DNA from: Candidatus Binatia bacterium
GTDB lineage: Bacteria; Desulfobacterota; Binatia; UBA9968; CAXXLF01
Length of the DNA stretch: 64,000 bases
Direction: 5' to 3'
Assembly: GCA_963664015.2 (NCBI GenBank)
Contig: CAXXLF010000001.1
Span: 866,704 to 930,703 of the forward strand
The stretch's first letter is position 1, and every line of letters begins with the position of its first letter. The notes below the pieces were generated by a model. It did no database searches. It saw only the letters and a list, made by a program, of their open reading frames with translations, and was not told the origin of the DNA. The translations under genes were made by a program, and so were the position numbers. Below are positions 28,835 through 38,682 of this stretch, in pieces.

Positions 28835-30274
28835 TTAAACCTTCCCATTACTGCTGAAGAGGACCTTTCCCCACTTTTTCAATGTTCTCTCGAGATCCTC
28901 AGGACTTGAGGCTGCCACCTTGGGGAAGTCCTTGATCCATTCGAAGGGACGGCAAGCATCGATAATAGCCCTCGAATTGAAGCCTTTCTGACTGGGATGG
29001 ATGATCGGATCCAGAGGTCCGCTCCAGCAACGCCGAATGATATCGATATCCTGGACTGGGTCCGAACGCGACGACATGGCCCAGATCACCTCATCCGTAT
29101 TGGTTGGATCGATATCCTCATCAACCACAATGACATAGCGTCCCAGGTACGCCCCCGCATGGCATTGGGAGGCCACCAGCGCAGCCTGCTTGGCATGGCC
29201 CGGATATCTCTGCTTGATGGAGACCACAAGAACCAGGCGGCTACCGCCGGAAACCATCAGCCAAACCCCTTTCACATCCGGTATACCAGCCTTCTCCATC
29301 TCATCCCAGATCAAGGCTGAACGCAGGTAGGAACGATACCAGCCCAACTCGGCCGGTGGTTTTCCCGGAGGTGAACCGAGAATGATGGGATCATTGCGAT
29401 GGTACAGCCGCTTGACCTTGACGATCGGTTCCGGCCGTTCCGCGCTGCCATAATAACCGGTCCACTCGCCGAACGGCCCTTCGGTACGGGGCTCGTCGAA
29501 GGAAACGTCCCCTTCGACCACGATCTCCGCGTGGGCAGGAATGGGAAGGCCCGAATACTCTCCAATGATCACTTCCAGGGGCTCGCCCCGCATACCACCA
29601 ATGAATTCAGATTCGGGGACTCCGTAAGGGACTTCGATGCTACCTCCGAGAAAGATCAAAGGATCGTGGCCAAAGGACATAGCCACCTTACAGGCCCTTC
29701 CGGTGCCGGAATACTTGTCCCGTTGGATCCGCCCATGCTTTCCCGGAGAAATGTAAAAGCCCACAGTCTTGGGATCATGAATCATGACACGGTAGGTTCC
29801 CCAATTGACCCAATCCTCGTCAGGGTCGCGGGTGACATCAATACTTCCGGTTCCAATATATCGGCCGCCGTCGTGATCATGCCATTTGGGTGTCGGAAAT
29901 TTAAAAAGATCGATATCCTTTTCTTCATAAACGTTTTCGAACAGCGGGCTGTCCTTAACGACCTTGTGCGGAATAGGTTTGATCTGCTTATACCGCTCCC
30001 GCCAGGATCGTACAAAGTCCATCTTATGTTCGCCTGGGGGGAGTCCCAAAGTAAGCCCTAACCGGCCCCTCGTGCTTAACGAGTTGGACAAAATCCGGTA
30101 TCCCTTCGGGTAATCCTTGATTTCATCAAATAAGACCGCTGGACCGTCTTCTTTATGGTGGACCAGCTCCGTTACAGCTCCGATTTCAAGGTTCCAGTCG
30201 CAGCCTTTGAGGGTTTTTAACTCCCCAATATTCTCTACACACCGGATCCATTCCCGGAGGTCTTTGTATTCCAT
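28835..30274 (-). CDS. ubiD: UbiD-family (prenyl-FMN dependent) decarboxylase
   Basis: MEYKDLREWI...GPAVLFDEIKDYP...GGRYIGTG...ESEFIGG and overall length fit UbiD. GGAGGAA RBS precedes ATG 30274. Confidence 0.85.
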   Translation of the reverse strand: MEYKDLREWIRCVENIGELKTLKGCDWNLEIGAVTELVHHKEDGPAVLFDEIKDYPKGYRILSNSLSTRGRLGLTLGLPPGEHKMDFVRSWRERYKQIKPIPHKVVKDSPLFENVYEEKDIDLFKFPTPKWHDHDGGRYIGTGSIDVTRDPDEDWVNWGTYRVMIHDPKTVGFYISPGKHGRIQRDKYSGTGRACKVAMSFGHDPLIFLGGSIEVPYGVPESEFIGGMRGEPLEVIIGEYSGLPIPAHAEIVVEGDVSFDEPRTEGPFGEWTGYYGSAERPEPIVKVKRLYHRNDPIILGSPPGKPPAELGWYRSYLRSALIWDEMEKAGIPDVKGVWLMVSGGSRLVLVVSIKQRYPGHAKQAALVASQCHAGAYLGRYVIVVDEDIDPTNTDEVIWAMSSRSDPVQDIDIIRRCWSGPLDPIIHPSQKGFNSRAIIDACRPFEWIKDFPKVAASSPEDLERTLKKWGKVLFSSNGKV

Positions 30275-30446
30275 AATTTCCTCCAATCTAATATAGAGCA
30301 CCAACTTGATTCGAAAAGAGCTTGATACTTAACCAATTTTACCTCTACATTCAAGGTCTGAGGCCTCCACAATGGGAGCCGATTCCAATGGCACCACACC
30401 AGCGACCAATATTGCAATTACCGCGTGGACATGGTAGCCATTTGAC

Positions 30447-30965
30447 GTGTCGGGCAAGATAAAAGACCTGAGTGAATTAAAGGACATCGTCCACAGGGTC
30501 AAGCAGGATGGGAAAAATGTTGTTTTTACGAACGGGTGCTTTGACCTGTTACACAGCGGGCACCTGCACCTACTCCGGGAGGCCAAGAAGCTCGGTCACT
30601 TGCTGATCGTAGCAATGAACAGCGATAGTTCGATCAAAGGGATCAAGGGCCCAAATCGCCCTATCGTACCGGAGACGGAGCGGGCAGAGCTCCTAGCCGC
30701 TCTCGAGATGGTCAATTATGTAATTATTTTCCCCCAACCGGACCCATCCCAAGTCATCAAGGAGATCGGTCCGAACGTACTGGCCAAAGGCGGCGACTGG
30801 GCTAAAGATGAAATCGTAGGTAGGGACACGGTGGAGCAGCTTGGCGGAACAACCGCTGTGATCCCTATGCTTGCAGGCTATTCAACCACTAAGATTATAG
30901 AAAAGATTCGTCAGGAAAAGACATGGCAAGAATTTGTACCATCTGCAACAAAAGGCAATCCGTAG
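30447..30965 (+). CDS. hldC: D-glycero-beta-D-manno-heptose 1-phosphate adenylyltransferase (RfaE domain II, stand-alone)
   Basis: Cytidylyltransferase motif [19 protein letters not shown]...NSDSS...GPNRPI...[13 protein letters not shown] start. Confidence 0.85.
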   Translation: MSGKIKDLSELKDIVHRVKQDGKNVVFTNGCFDLLHSGHLHLLREAKKLGHLLIVAMNSDSSIKGIKGPNRPIVPETERAELLAALEMVNYVIIFPQPDPSQVIKEIGPNVLAKGGDWAKDEIVGRDTVEQLGGTTAVIPMLAGYSTTKIIEKIRQEKTWQEFVPSATKGNP

Positions 30966-31135
30966 GCAATAACGTCAGCCACGCCAACAACAAGACAAAA
31001 AGGGTCTGGCTTCCCAACCTCCAGAGGGTAAGGGCAAAGATCAACGGTCAGGTACGTCGCGTTCCCGTCTGCACCAACTGCATTCGGTCTGGCCGAGTGA
31101 TTAAAGTAGCCCGAACCTCTAGCCTCGCGCCCTGA
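30923..31135 (+). CDS. rpmB: 50S ribosomal protein L28
   Basis: [34 protein letters not shown] is the canonical L28 N-terminus. The start lies 43 nt inside the hldC ORF. The 3' end overlaps the convergent spoT by 17 nt. Confidence 0.9.
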   Translation: MARICTICNKRQSVGNNVSHANNKTKRVWLPNLQRVRAKINGQVRRVPVCTNCIRSGRVIKVARTSSLAP

Positions 31136-33281
31136 CCGCTTTATAGACCCCTTTCACCTTTAGGATGCTGTCCAGGACACGCTGGAGTTGTTGCGAGTCT
31201 CCGATCATGAGTTCAAAGGTGTTCAATGCCTTGTGATCCGGATTGGTCCGAATATAGGCCCGCGCGATATTGACGTCTACACTGGTAATGGCTGAGCTGA
31301 TGGCCGCTAAAAGGCCCGGTCGATCTACACAGCTCACCTCGATTCTGATGGGCCGCGGCGTGGAGTCTCCCTCTTCCCACCTCACTTCGACTTTTCTATT
31401 GGGATCACTGTCCAGAACCGTTGGACAACCGGCAACGTGAACGGTTACCCCCCTACCCCGGGTCATATATCCGATAACGTGTTCTCCAGGTAGGGGATGA
31501 CAGCACTGGCCAAATCGGACCAGCACGTCCCCCAATCCCTTTACTCGAATTCCCGAATCTCGCTTTTTTCCTCCCACCATCCGGAAGAGACGGCCCACCG
31601 CCCCTTCAACCCCCTTACCCCCGCCTTCAAGTTTATCCGGGGGAACAAGTTTTGTTAGAACCTGCAGCGAGGTGATCTTGCCGTAGCCCACGCTGGCCAA
31701 CAGGTTCTCCTCATCCCGGGTTCCCAGTTCCTTTGCGATGGCCTCGATCCTTCCTTCCTGACGTAGCTTGGTGTAGTCCAGTTGGTAATGGTTGAGGTCT
31801 CCTTCCAGGAGTTCACGTCCCAAGGCAACGCTCCTGTCGCGCTGCTCCGCCTTGATCCAATTACGGATCCGTGCCTTGGCCCTGGGAGTCTTGGCCAGTT
31901 TCAGCCAATCCCGGCTTGGCGTTTGCTGATGGGTGCGAATGATCTCGACGGTATCGCCGCTTCGCAGGATGTATCGTAGTGAAACAAGGTGCCCGTTGAC
32001 CCTCGCCCCAGAACAGCGATGACCAATATCCGAGTGAATCCGGTAGGCAAAATCAATCACCGTCGCACCCTTGGGAAAGCTCAGGAGATCTCCTTTGGGG
32101 GTAAACACGTACACCTCGTCGGGGAAGAGATCCTCTTTTAGACTGTGAAGGAACTCTTGAGGGTCTTCAATGTTCTGTTGCCACTCGAGGAGCTGGCGCA
32201 ACCAGCTAAAGCCCTGCACACCGCTAAACTGAAAATCCGTTCCCTCCTTGTAACGCCAATGGGCAGCAATTCCTTCCTCCGCAACTCGGTGCATTTCATG
32301 GGTGCGGATCTGAATTTCTACCCGTTGACCTTGAGGACCAATAACCGTCGTATTGAGGGATTGAAACATATTGGGTTTGGGTAGGGCAATGTAATCCTTG
32401 AATCGACCCGGCACCGGCTTCCACTGGCCATGGACGATCCCCAGGGTCTCGTAGCACTCCCGCATTGTATCGACGACAACTCGGAAGGCAACCAGATCAT
32501 GGATCTGATCGCAGGGTAGACCTTGACTCTCCATCTTTTGATAAATGCTGTAAAAGTGTTTGAGCCTACCGGTGAGCTCAGCATCAATGCCCTCCTCGGC
32601 CAATTTCTTACCAATCACCGAGATAACTTCATTGATATATTTCTCTCGGTCTCCTCTTTTTTCCGCCACGTCCCGTTTGATCTGGTAAAAGATTTCCGGC
32701 CGCAGGTGCTTGAGCGCATGATCCTCTAGCTCGCATTTGATCCATTCGATACCAAAACGGCGCGCCAAGGGGGCATAGATTTCCAGGGTTTCCTGGGCCG
32801 TTATGAGCTGTTTGCCTGGAGACAAATGGTCCAAGGTCCTCATGTTGTGCGTCCGGTCGGCCAACTTGATCAAAATGACACGGACGTCCCGCCCCATGGC
32901 CAGGACCATTTTCCGGTAGTTTTCCGCCTGCTTTTCTTCTCGGCTGGTAAACTGCGTCTGGCTGAGCTTCGTTACCCCATCCACCAACCCCTCCACTTCA
33001 TCACCAAATTCCCGCTTGATTTCTTCCTGTGAAGTCAGGGTATCTTCAACCGTATCGTGGAGCAATCCTGCGACGAGACTCGGGACATCCAATTTCAGGT
33101 CAGCGATGATCCCGGCCACGGCCATGGGATGAATAAAATAGGGTTCTCCCGATAAACGCTTTTGCCCTTGATGAACCCTGGCTGAAAAATCGTAGGCGCG
33201 TCGGATCGTGTCCACATCAGCCGTAGGATGATAGGCCTGAACCTTCTCCACCAGATCGCCGATTCGAACCTCTTTAGCCAT
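31119..33281 (-). CDS. spoT: Bifunctional (p)ppGpp synthetase/hydrolase (RelA/SpoT homologue)
   Basis: HD hydrolase (HPMAVAGI...LHDTVEDT), synthetase (DLVAFRVVV...[17 protein letters not shown]...[10 protein letters not shown]), TGS (VYVFTPKGD) and C-terminal ACT. Confidence 0.93.
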   Translation of the reverse strand: MAKEVRIGDLVEKVQAYHPTADVDTIRRAYDFSARVHQGQKRLSGEPYFIHPMAVAGIIADLKLDVPSLVAGLLHDTVEDTLTSQEEIKREFGDEVEGLVDGVTKLSQTQFTSREEKQAENYRKMVLAMGRDVRVILIKLADRTHNMRTLDHLSPGKQLITAQETLEIYAPLARRFGIEWIKCELEDHALKHLRPEIFYQIKRDVAEKRGDREKYINEVISVIGKKLAEEGIDAELTGRLKHFYSIYQKMESQGLPCDQIHDLVAFRVVVDTMRECYETLGIVHGQWKPVPGRFKDYIALPKPNMFQSLNTTVIGPQGQRVEIQIRTHEMHRVAEEGIAAHWRYKEGTDFQFSGVQGFSWLRQLLEWQQNIEDPQEFLHSLKEDLFPDEVYVFTPKGDLLSFPKGATVIDFAYRIHSDIGHRCSGARVNGHLVSLRYILRSGDTVEIIRTHQQTPSRDWLKLAKTPRAKARIRNWIKAEQRDRSVALGRELLEGDLNHYQLDYTKLRQEGRIEAIAKELGTRDEENLLASVGYGKITSLQVLTKLVPPDKLEGGGKGVEGAVGRLFRMVGGKKRDSGIRVKGLGDVLVRFGQCCHPLPGEHVIGYMTRGRGVTVHVAGCPTVLDSDPNRKVEVRWEEGDSTPRPIRIEVSCVDRPGLLAAISSAITSVDVNIARAYIRTNPDHKALNTFELMIGDSQQLQRVLDSILKVKGVYKAVRARG

Positions 33282-33936
33282 GGCCCTTGATCCTCGAGCG
33301 AAGCGCCACCAGAGGAGACAGAACCTTCCAACTCTGCACTCTGGAAATCCTGTGCCTCTCCGCTATCAGGATAGACTTGAGCGCATCCTGCGCATCACGA
33401 ATTCTTCGGTTTAACACAAAATAGTCATACCCATGGATCTCAACAAGCTCACGCTTGGCGTTCTCCAGCCGTTTGCGGATGATATCCTTGCGATCGGTCT
33501 TCCTATGGGCTAAACGCCGCTCAAGCTCCCGTAACGAGGGAGGAAGGATAAAAACGGACACCGCGTTTCGGTAACGCCCCTTAATGCTACGACTACCCTG
33601 TACATCGATATCGAGCAGGACGTCCTGCCCGGAACGAATGTTCTGTTCCAGCGGTCGGCGCGGGGTGCCGTAAAAACTCCCGTGCACCTTCGCCCACTCG
33701 GCGAACTCCCCCCTTCCCCGCATTTCCTCGAACCTCTTTTTTCCTACAAAATGGTAATCTTGCCCCGGCATTTCTCCAGGGCGGGTTTCACGTGTAGTGT
33801 AAGAAACAGACAGCCGTAATTCGGGAAACGCCCGCATGAGTTTCTTGATCAGCGTGGTTTTTCCGGCTCCCGATGGCGCCGACAAGATCAAGATCACGCC
33901 GTCACTTTTTGCCACTGTCCCGCGAGTCTTCATCAT
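33274..33936 (-). CDS. gmk: Guanylate kinase
   Basis: P-loop LSAPSGAGKTTL, YTTRETRPGE and YHFV motifs. ATGA overlap with the yicC stop; 8-nt overlap with the spoT start. Confidence 0.9.
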   Translation of the reverse strand: MMKTRGTVAKSDGVILILSAPSGAGKTTLIKKLMRAFPELRLSVSYTTRETRPGEMPGQDYHFVGKKRFEEMRGRGEFAEWAKVHGSFYGTPRRPLEQNIRSGQDVLLDIDVQGSRSIKGRYRNAVSVFILPPSLRELERRLAHRKTDRKDIIRKRLENAKRELVEIHGYDYFVLNRRIRDAQDALKSILIAERHRISRVQSWKVLSPLVALRSRIKGHG

Positions 33937-34796
33937 TCTACATTCTGGACCTGTTCTCTAATCTTCTCTACCTTTTCCTTACCCGAAAGCATGAGCCCCA
34001 CGGTGGAGAGTTGGGAGGCTTTAGCACCGATCGTGCTGAGCTCCCTCTGGGCTTCCTGAAGTAAGAAGTCCATCTTCTTGCCCACGGAGCCGGGTTCACG
34101 AGTCAGTTTTGACAAGCCCTCTACGTGGCTTTTGAGCCGTACAACCTCTTCATGAATGTCCCCTTTGGGAAGTGAGTTCTCGTATTCTTTTCCTGGCCTG
34201 TGCCCCTCTATGAGGTCCCCGGTCTCCCGGGGACCTAGAGACTGAATCAGTGCCTTGTGAATATTCTTGGCCTCACGGCTCAGTGCGGACCAGACTTTTT
34301 GCAATTGCTGCACCTGATGCTGGATGTCGTGTCTCAGGTGATTTCCTTCGCGCCCCCGTGAACGTTCCAGGTTACCCACAGCAGACTCCACGGTTTTTAA
34401 AACCAGTGCCCGCTCGTTTTCCCAAGTCTCATCGTTTTCCTTGAACTCGAAGAGATCGGGGAGCCTGGAGAGCAGAGCCAGGTCCATCTCGCCCTTGAGA
34501 TCGAATCGCTTCTTAACCTTTTTGAGGGTAGCCAGATACTGGCCGAGCAAAACATCGTCCAGCTCGAGCCTACGCCCTTTCCCTTTTAGCGGTGAACGGG
34601 TGATAAAAATCTCGACCCTCCCTCGGGAAAGCCGATTTCGGATCTTCTGGCGGATGGCCTCCTCCACGGCCAGATAAGACCGCGGCACCCTGAGCTGGAT
34701 ATCTAAATGGCGGTGATTAACCGTACGTACTTGAACGGTCACCTTGGCGATCTTTCCCTGAGCCGTAGCCTCTCCGTAACCCGTCATACTTTTCAT
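33933..34796 (-). CDS. yicC: YicC-family stress-induced protein
   Basis: N-terminus MKSMTGYGEA, and the conserved C-terminus GKKMDFLLQEAQRELSTIGAKA...VEKIREQVQNVE. Start set at Met 34796; TTG 34826 is also possible. Confidence 0.85.
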   Translation of the reverse strand: MKSMTGYGEATAQGKIAKVTVQVRTVNHRHLDIQLRVPRSYLAVEEAIRQKIRNRLSRGRVEIFITRSPLKGKGRRLELDDVLLGQYLATLKKVKKRFDLKGEMDLALLSRLPDLFEFKENDETWENERALVLKTVESAVGNLERSRGREGNHLRHDIQHQVQQLQKVWSALSREAKNIHKALIQSLGPRETGDLIEGHRPGKEYENSLPKGDIHEEVVRLKSHVEGLSKLTREPGSVGKKMDFLLQEAQRELSTIGAKASQLSTVGLMLSGKEKVEKIREQVQNVE

Positions 34797-34881
34797 AGAC
34801 CGCTTCACTTCCTCTCCTGAATCCAATTGAAGGATACGATGCTAGACCCAGCCAAGCGACGAAATATCGGCAGGACCGTAT

Positions 34882-35886
34882 TCAACCGTTTTCTCGGATC
34901 GCTTTTTTCAGACGCTCCAGTGACACCGTGGCCGTACCGACCTCTCCCACGACGATTCCCGCAGCCAGGTTGGCAAGGATGGCAGCCTCCTCGTAGCTCC
35001 CCCGGCTCGCCAGTGTCAGCGCACAGGTAGCCACGACGGTGTCACCCGCACCTGTCACATCGAAGACTTCCTTGGCCGTGGTGGGGAAATGACCAACCGT
35101 TCCATCCCGACGAAATAGGCTCATGCCCTCTTGTCCTCGTGTAACCAGTACGGCACCGGCCTGCCATTTTTCGAGAAGGATACCACCCGCCTCCTGCAGT
35201 GATTCTGGATCGTGAATCTTGAATCCCGCCGCATCACCGGCTTCATCTTTGTTGGGCGTAACTAGCGTGACGTTACGGTACCGGTCAAAATTCTCTTTTT
35301 TGGGATCTACAACGCAAGAGATCCCCTTGCCCTGAACGACCTCCCCGATCCACCCCAGCAATTCGGGATGGACAACGCCCTTTCCGTAGTCGGATATGAC
35401 CAGACCGTCACATCGACCTAGCTGGCGGGCAACAAACTGACGCACCTTGCGATGCACCTGCTCCCTGATAACTCCGTGATTCTCATGATCCATTCGAACT
35501 AACTGTTGATGGCGCGGACCAGCGATCAGACGACTCTTCTGGGTCGTAAGAAAGCGTGACTCGGGAAACACGCCCGATGTTGAACTGCCGATCACCTTGA
35601 GTTGACGCAAGAGCTGTTTCCCTGCCGAATCTCGCCCCAGGATACCGCAGGCAGTCACCTGTCCTCCTAATCCCCTTATGTTATGAATCACGTTGGCGGC
35701 TCCCCCAAGACAGAGCTCCTCGGATACAACCCGAACCACCGGGACCGGGGCCTCCGGCGAAATCCGCTCCACATCCCCCCAGATAAATCGATCAAGCATC
35801 AGGTCCCCCACGACGAGAAGACGGCAGCGACGGAATCGATTCACCACGGCCAACAGTTTGGCTTTTCCTACTTTGAGTTTGATCAT
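34882..35886 (-). CDS. hldA: D-glycero-beta-D-manno-heptose-7-phosphate kinase (RfaE domain I, stand-alone; PfkB family)
   Basis: LVVGDLMLDRFIWGDVERISPEAPVPVV...GGAANV...DVTGAGDTV, PfkB sugar-kinase signatures typical of RfaE-I. Confidence 0.85.
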   Translation of the reverse strand: MIKLKVGKAKLLAVVNRFRRCRLLVVGDLMLDRFIWGDVERISPEAPVPVVRVVSEELCLGGAANVIHNIRGLGGQVTACGILGRDSAGKQLLRQLKVIGSSTSGVFPESRFLTTQKSRLIAGPRHQQLVRMDHENHGVIREQVHRKVRQFVARQLGRCDGLVISDYGKGVVHPELLGWIGEVVQGKGISCVVDPKKENFDRYRNVTLVTPNKDEAGDAAGFKIHDPESLQEAGGILLEKWQAGAVLVTRGQEGMSLFRRDGTVGHFPTTAKEVFDVTGAGDTVVATCALTLASRGSYEEAAILANLAAGIVVGEVGTATVSLERLKKAIRENG

Positions 35887-36986
35887 CTTTCCGCTGCACC
35901 CTCAAGCAGTTCATAATAGAACTCTTCATTCTTTTTAGCCATTTGTTCCATGGTCAGGTCGCGTTGCACGCGTTTCCTCGCCATGGCTCCCATAGAGTCC
36001 ATGAGCGATGGATCGCCGAGGAGTTGTGCCAGGGCTTGGGCCAATGCTTGAGGATCTCCCGGCGGGACCAGCAAACCCGTCAGGCGGTGTTGAACCAACT
36101 CGGGAACACCCCCGACCAGGCTTGCCACAACAGGTTTCCCGGCCGCCATTGCCTCTATCACGGAGACCCCAAGGCCTTCGTTCAGTGACGGGAGGACAAA
36201 GAGATCGATACCATTTAAAAAACTGGGTATGTTCGATACGAACCCCAGGAATACTACGTCCCTTTGCACGCCAATTCGGACTGCCCTTTGTTCCAGATAG
36301 GCCTTTTCTTTTCCTTCCCCGGCCAGAAGGATCCGTGGTCGGATTCCCTGATCCTGGAGGATCCGCGCGGCCTCCAATAAATAGCGATGCCCCTTACGCG
36401 GTTCGAGGACCGCAACCGTCCCAATCGTAGGGCGATGAGAGGTTCTATCCCCCAATGCCTCAGGATGAAAACGTCCTAACTCGATCCCGCTGTAGATGAC
36501 TCGAATTTTCTCCGCTTGGACTCCCCCCTCGATCAATACCTCACGGATCTTATCCGAGATGGCGACGACCCCGTCGACTCTGCTGTTGTAAAGGCGATTA
36601 TGGTACCAGTTTCGTTTCACCGGGTAGTCCATCCTGCGGGTCACCACATAACGGACTCCCGGTCGAGCCCGCCACAACCAAAGGGCAAGGCCATGGGCCC
36701 TCTTGGTATGAAAATGAACTATATCATACGCCTCTTTCTGGATAAGCTTCTTCAGCCGGAAGACGGGCCGCAAATCCAAGTCATTGCGCACCCGAAGGGG
36801 GATGATTTTCACGTCAACCCTCTGCACTTCGTCAATCAGGGCGCCTTCCGGATGGCAGAGAAGGTGGTTCTCATGGCCCCATGAGGTAAGTTTGGTCAAG
36901 AGACCCATTACCTGAGTCTCCCCACCTGCCCATTCCTTCTCCGGATCGACATGAAGGATTTTGAGATGCCGGTTAGTTTTAGCCAC
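35883..36986 (-). CDS. Glycosyltransferase family 4 (GT-B, RfaG-like)
   Basis: C-terminal E-x7-E type motif (PSLNEGLGVSVIEAMAAGKPVV). GT4 N-terminal region with KILHVD...GGETQV. Confidence 0.8.
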   Translation of the reverse strand: MAKTNRHLKILHVDPEKEWAGGETQVMGLLTKLTSWGHENHLLCHPEGALIDEVQRVDVKIIPLRVRNDLDLRPVFRLKKLIQKEAYDIVHFHTKRAHGLALWLWRARPGVRYVVTRRMDYPVKRNWYHNRLYNSRVDGVVAISDKIREVLIEGGVQAEKIRVIYSGIELGRFHPEALGDRTSHRPTIGTVAVLEPRKGHRYLLEAARILQDQGIRPRILLAGEGKEKAYLEQRAVRIGVQRDVVFLGFVSNIPSFLNGIDLFVLPSLNEGLGVSVIEAMAAGKPVVASLVGGVPELVQHRLTGLLVPPGDPQALAQALAQLLGDPSLMDSMGAMARKRVQRDLTMEQMAKKNEEFYYELLEGAAER

Positions 36987-37764
36987 GTTTACTTTGCTCC
37001 CGCTCGAAATCTTCCAATTCTCTTAGTTTAGCATATTTAAGAAAGACATAAATCGCCGCACTTGCCGCGACAAACAGGCCTGGCAACCCATCAAGGAAAC
37101 CTCTTTTTAAAATATAGCAACGAAAGAAGCGAAAGGACGGACGGAAAAGCTGGTCGATAATCCCCCATCCCTTCCCCAGGCTCTTGAGCTCAGCCGATGA
37201 CATAGTAGTAAAATCGTTAATCTGCCTCAAGTGATCGTTAATATCCCGGTAGGTGTAGTGGTGCAGGGGAGACGTTAAACGGCGCATCCTGCCGTCGACG
37301 AGAATACGTTCATGGGGTTCTTGACCACCCCATCGGGCCCTGGTGCTTCGAAAAATCCGGATATCATAGTCCGGGTACCAACCTCCGCGCCACCACCACC
37401 GTCCCAGGTAATAAACGAGTCTCGGCACTAAAAAAGCATTAAAACGGTCGCCGTAACGCGGGAGTGCGTCCAGGATCTCCGCTCTCAGCTCTGGAGGCAC
37501 CCGCTCATCGGCATCTACCAGGATCACCCATTCCCGGGTTGCCTTCGAATGAGCGAAGGCCTTCTGCTCCCGATATCCGGTCCATTCCCGCTGGAAGACC
37601 CGGTCTGTATACTCGCGGCAGATCTCTACAGTTCCATCGGTACTGAAGGAATCCACCACAACAATTTCGTTGCACCACCTGAGACTTTCAAGACAGTCTC
37701 GAATATTGTCTTCCTCATTGAAGCAGACGACAATTGCGGATATTTCGTACCCTTTGAACGACAT
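36979..37764 (-). CDS. Glycosyltransferase family 2 (LPS-core WaaE/KdtX-like)
   Basis: ISAIVVCFNEEDNI...VVVDSFSTDGT...ILVDADERV (DxD), plus a C-terminal amphipathic/TM tail. Confidence 0.8.
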   Translation of the reverse strand: MSFKGYEISAIVVCFNEEDNIRDCLESLRWCNEIVVVDSFSTDGTVEICREYTDRVFQREWTGYREQKAFAHSKATREWVILVDADERVPPELRAEILDALPRYGDRFNAFLVPRLVYYLGRWWWRGGWYPDYDIRIFRSTRARWGGQEPHERILVDGRMRRLTSPLHHYTYRDINDHLRQINDFTTMSSAELKSLGKGWGIIDQLFRPSFRFFRCYILKRGFLDGLPGLFVAASAAIYVFLKYAKLRELEDFEREQSKRG

Positions 37765-37838
37765 GAGCGCAATTCATCCCTAACGAAAATAACAGGGTCC
37801 TAGCAATTTGATTCGCTGACGTCCATCGATTATGGCAT

Positions 37839-38678
37839 TCATCCTTTTGTGTCCATTGCCTTTTTGTTCAGTTGGATTTCACGCCGACGCTCCTTGGTTC
37901 TTCGATCCAGCCAGCGTGCGAGTCGACGCTCCCTCTGCCCCAAAGAGCGGCACCCTAGATAATGCCTGAGAAAACGGATCCGGTCGCGGACAGAAATTCC
38001 CGGGAGGTTAAACCGATTGAGTTGAACCAAATTTCTCTTCCAGAATCCTTGCGGGAACCAGGGCGGATATCGGCGCGTCCGATCGTGGTCGATACTAAAA
38101 AGGTGGATACCCGTCGGTTCCTGTCGAATCAGGATATTGGACGGGATAAGATCTCCATGCACAAAGCCCAACTGGTGCATGCGGCGAACCTCCAGCGCCA
38201 ACTGGCGGAGAGCCGCTCGTTTTGTCTTCAGCCTGCCCCCGTCCAGGGATAATGCCGAATGGGTTCGAAGAAAAACCGGAAGCGAGACTCCCTCAACCGC
38301 GTGTGCCAGGAGAAAGGCAAGCCTGATAAAACCAAGTCGCCTCCTCTCTCCAGCCACCACGGTTACGGGAACCTCAAATCCGTTTCGTCTCAGGGCTTGA
38401 CCTTGCCTGAGGGCTCGGAACGCCTTCGATCGGCGAAAAAGGTCTTTGAAGGATTCAAAGTAATTATCGGGATAATAGATCTTCAGGAAATATTTCTGAC
38501 CGGCCTCCCCAATCCCATCGGTAATCTTTTGAGTCTCCGGGCGCCGCCGGGTAACTGAGTTGGCCGTAACCAAATAAGTCGAGATTCCGTCCCAGTAATC
38601 CCAAGTCCATTCGTCGGCGAAAACCAAAAGCTTCCAGTCTCCCTTCCAATGGCCTTTATAATCATCATCCACCGCCAT
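37839..38678 (-). CDS. Lipopolysaccharide kinase (Kdo/WaaP/InaA family)
   Basis: Kinase catalytic loop GFVHGDLIPSNILI and the downstream IDHDRT motif. Start set at MAVDDDY (38678), 4 nt after the upstream GT9 stop. The tracked 5' extension overlaps that gene. Confidence 0.7.
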   Translation of the reverse strand: MAVDDDYKGHWKGDWKLLVFADEWTWDYWDGISTYLVTANSVTRRRPETQKITDGIGEAGQKYFLKIYYPDNYFESFKDLFRRSKAFRALRQGQALRRNGFEVPVTVVAGERRRLGFIRLAFLLAHAVEGVSLPVFLRTHSALSLDGGRLKTKRAALRQLALEVRRMHQLGFVHGDLIPSNILIRQEPTGIHLFSIDHDRTRRYPPWFPQGFWKRNLVQLNRFNLPGISVRDRIRFLRHYLGCRSLGQRERRLARWLDRRTKERRREIQLNKKAMDTKG

Positions 38679-38682
38679 TTCC

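Noticed and set aside
33095-33331. 78-aa ORF across the gmk/spoT junction considered as a candidate rpoZ.
   Set aside because: It is out of frame within both flanking genes, and its sequence ([18 protein letters not shown]...) bears no resemblance to RNA polymerase omega.
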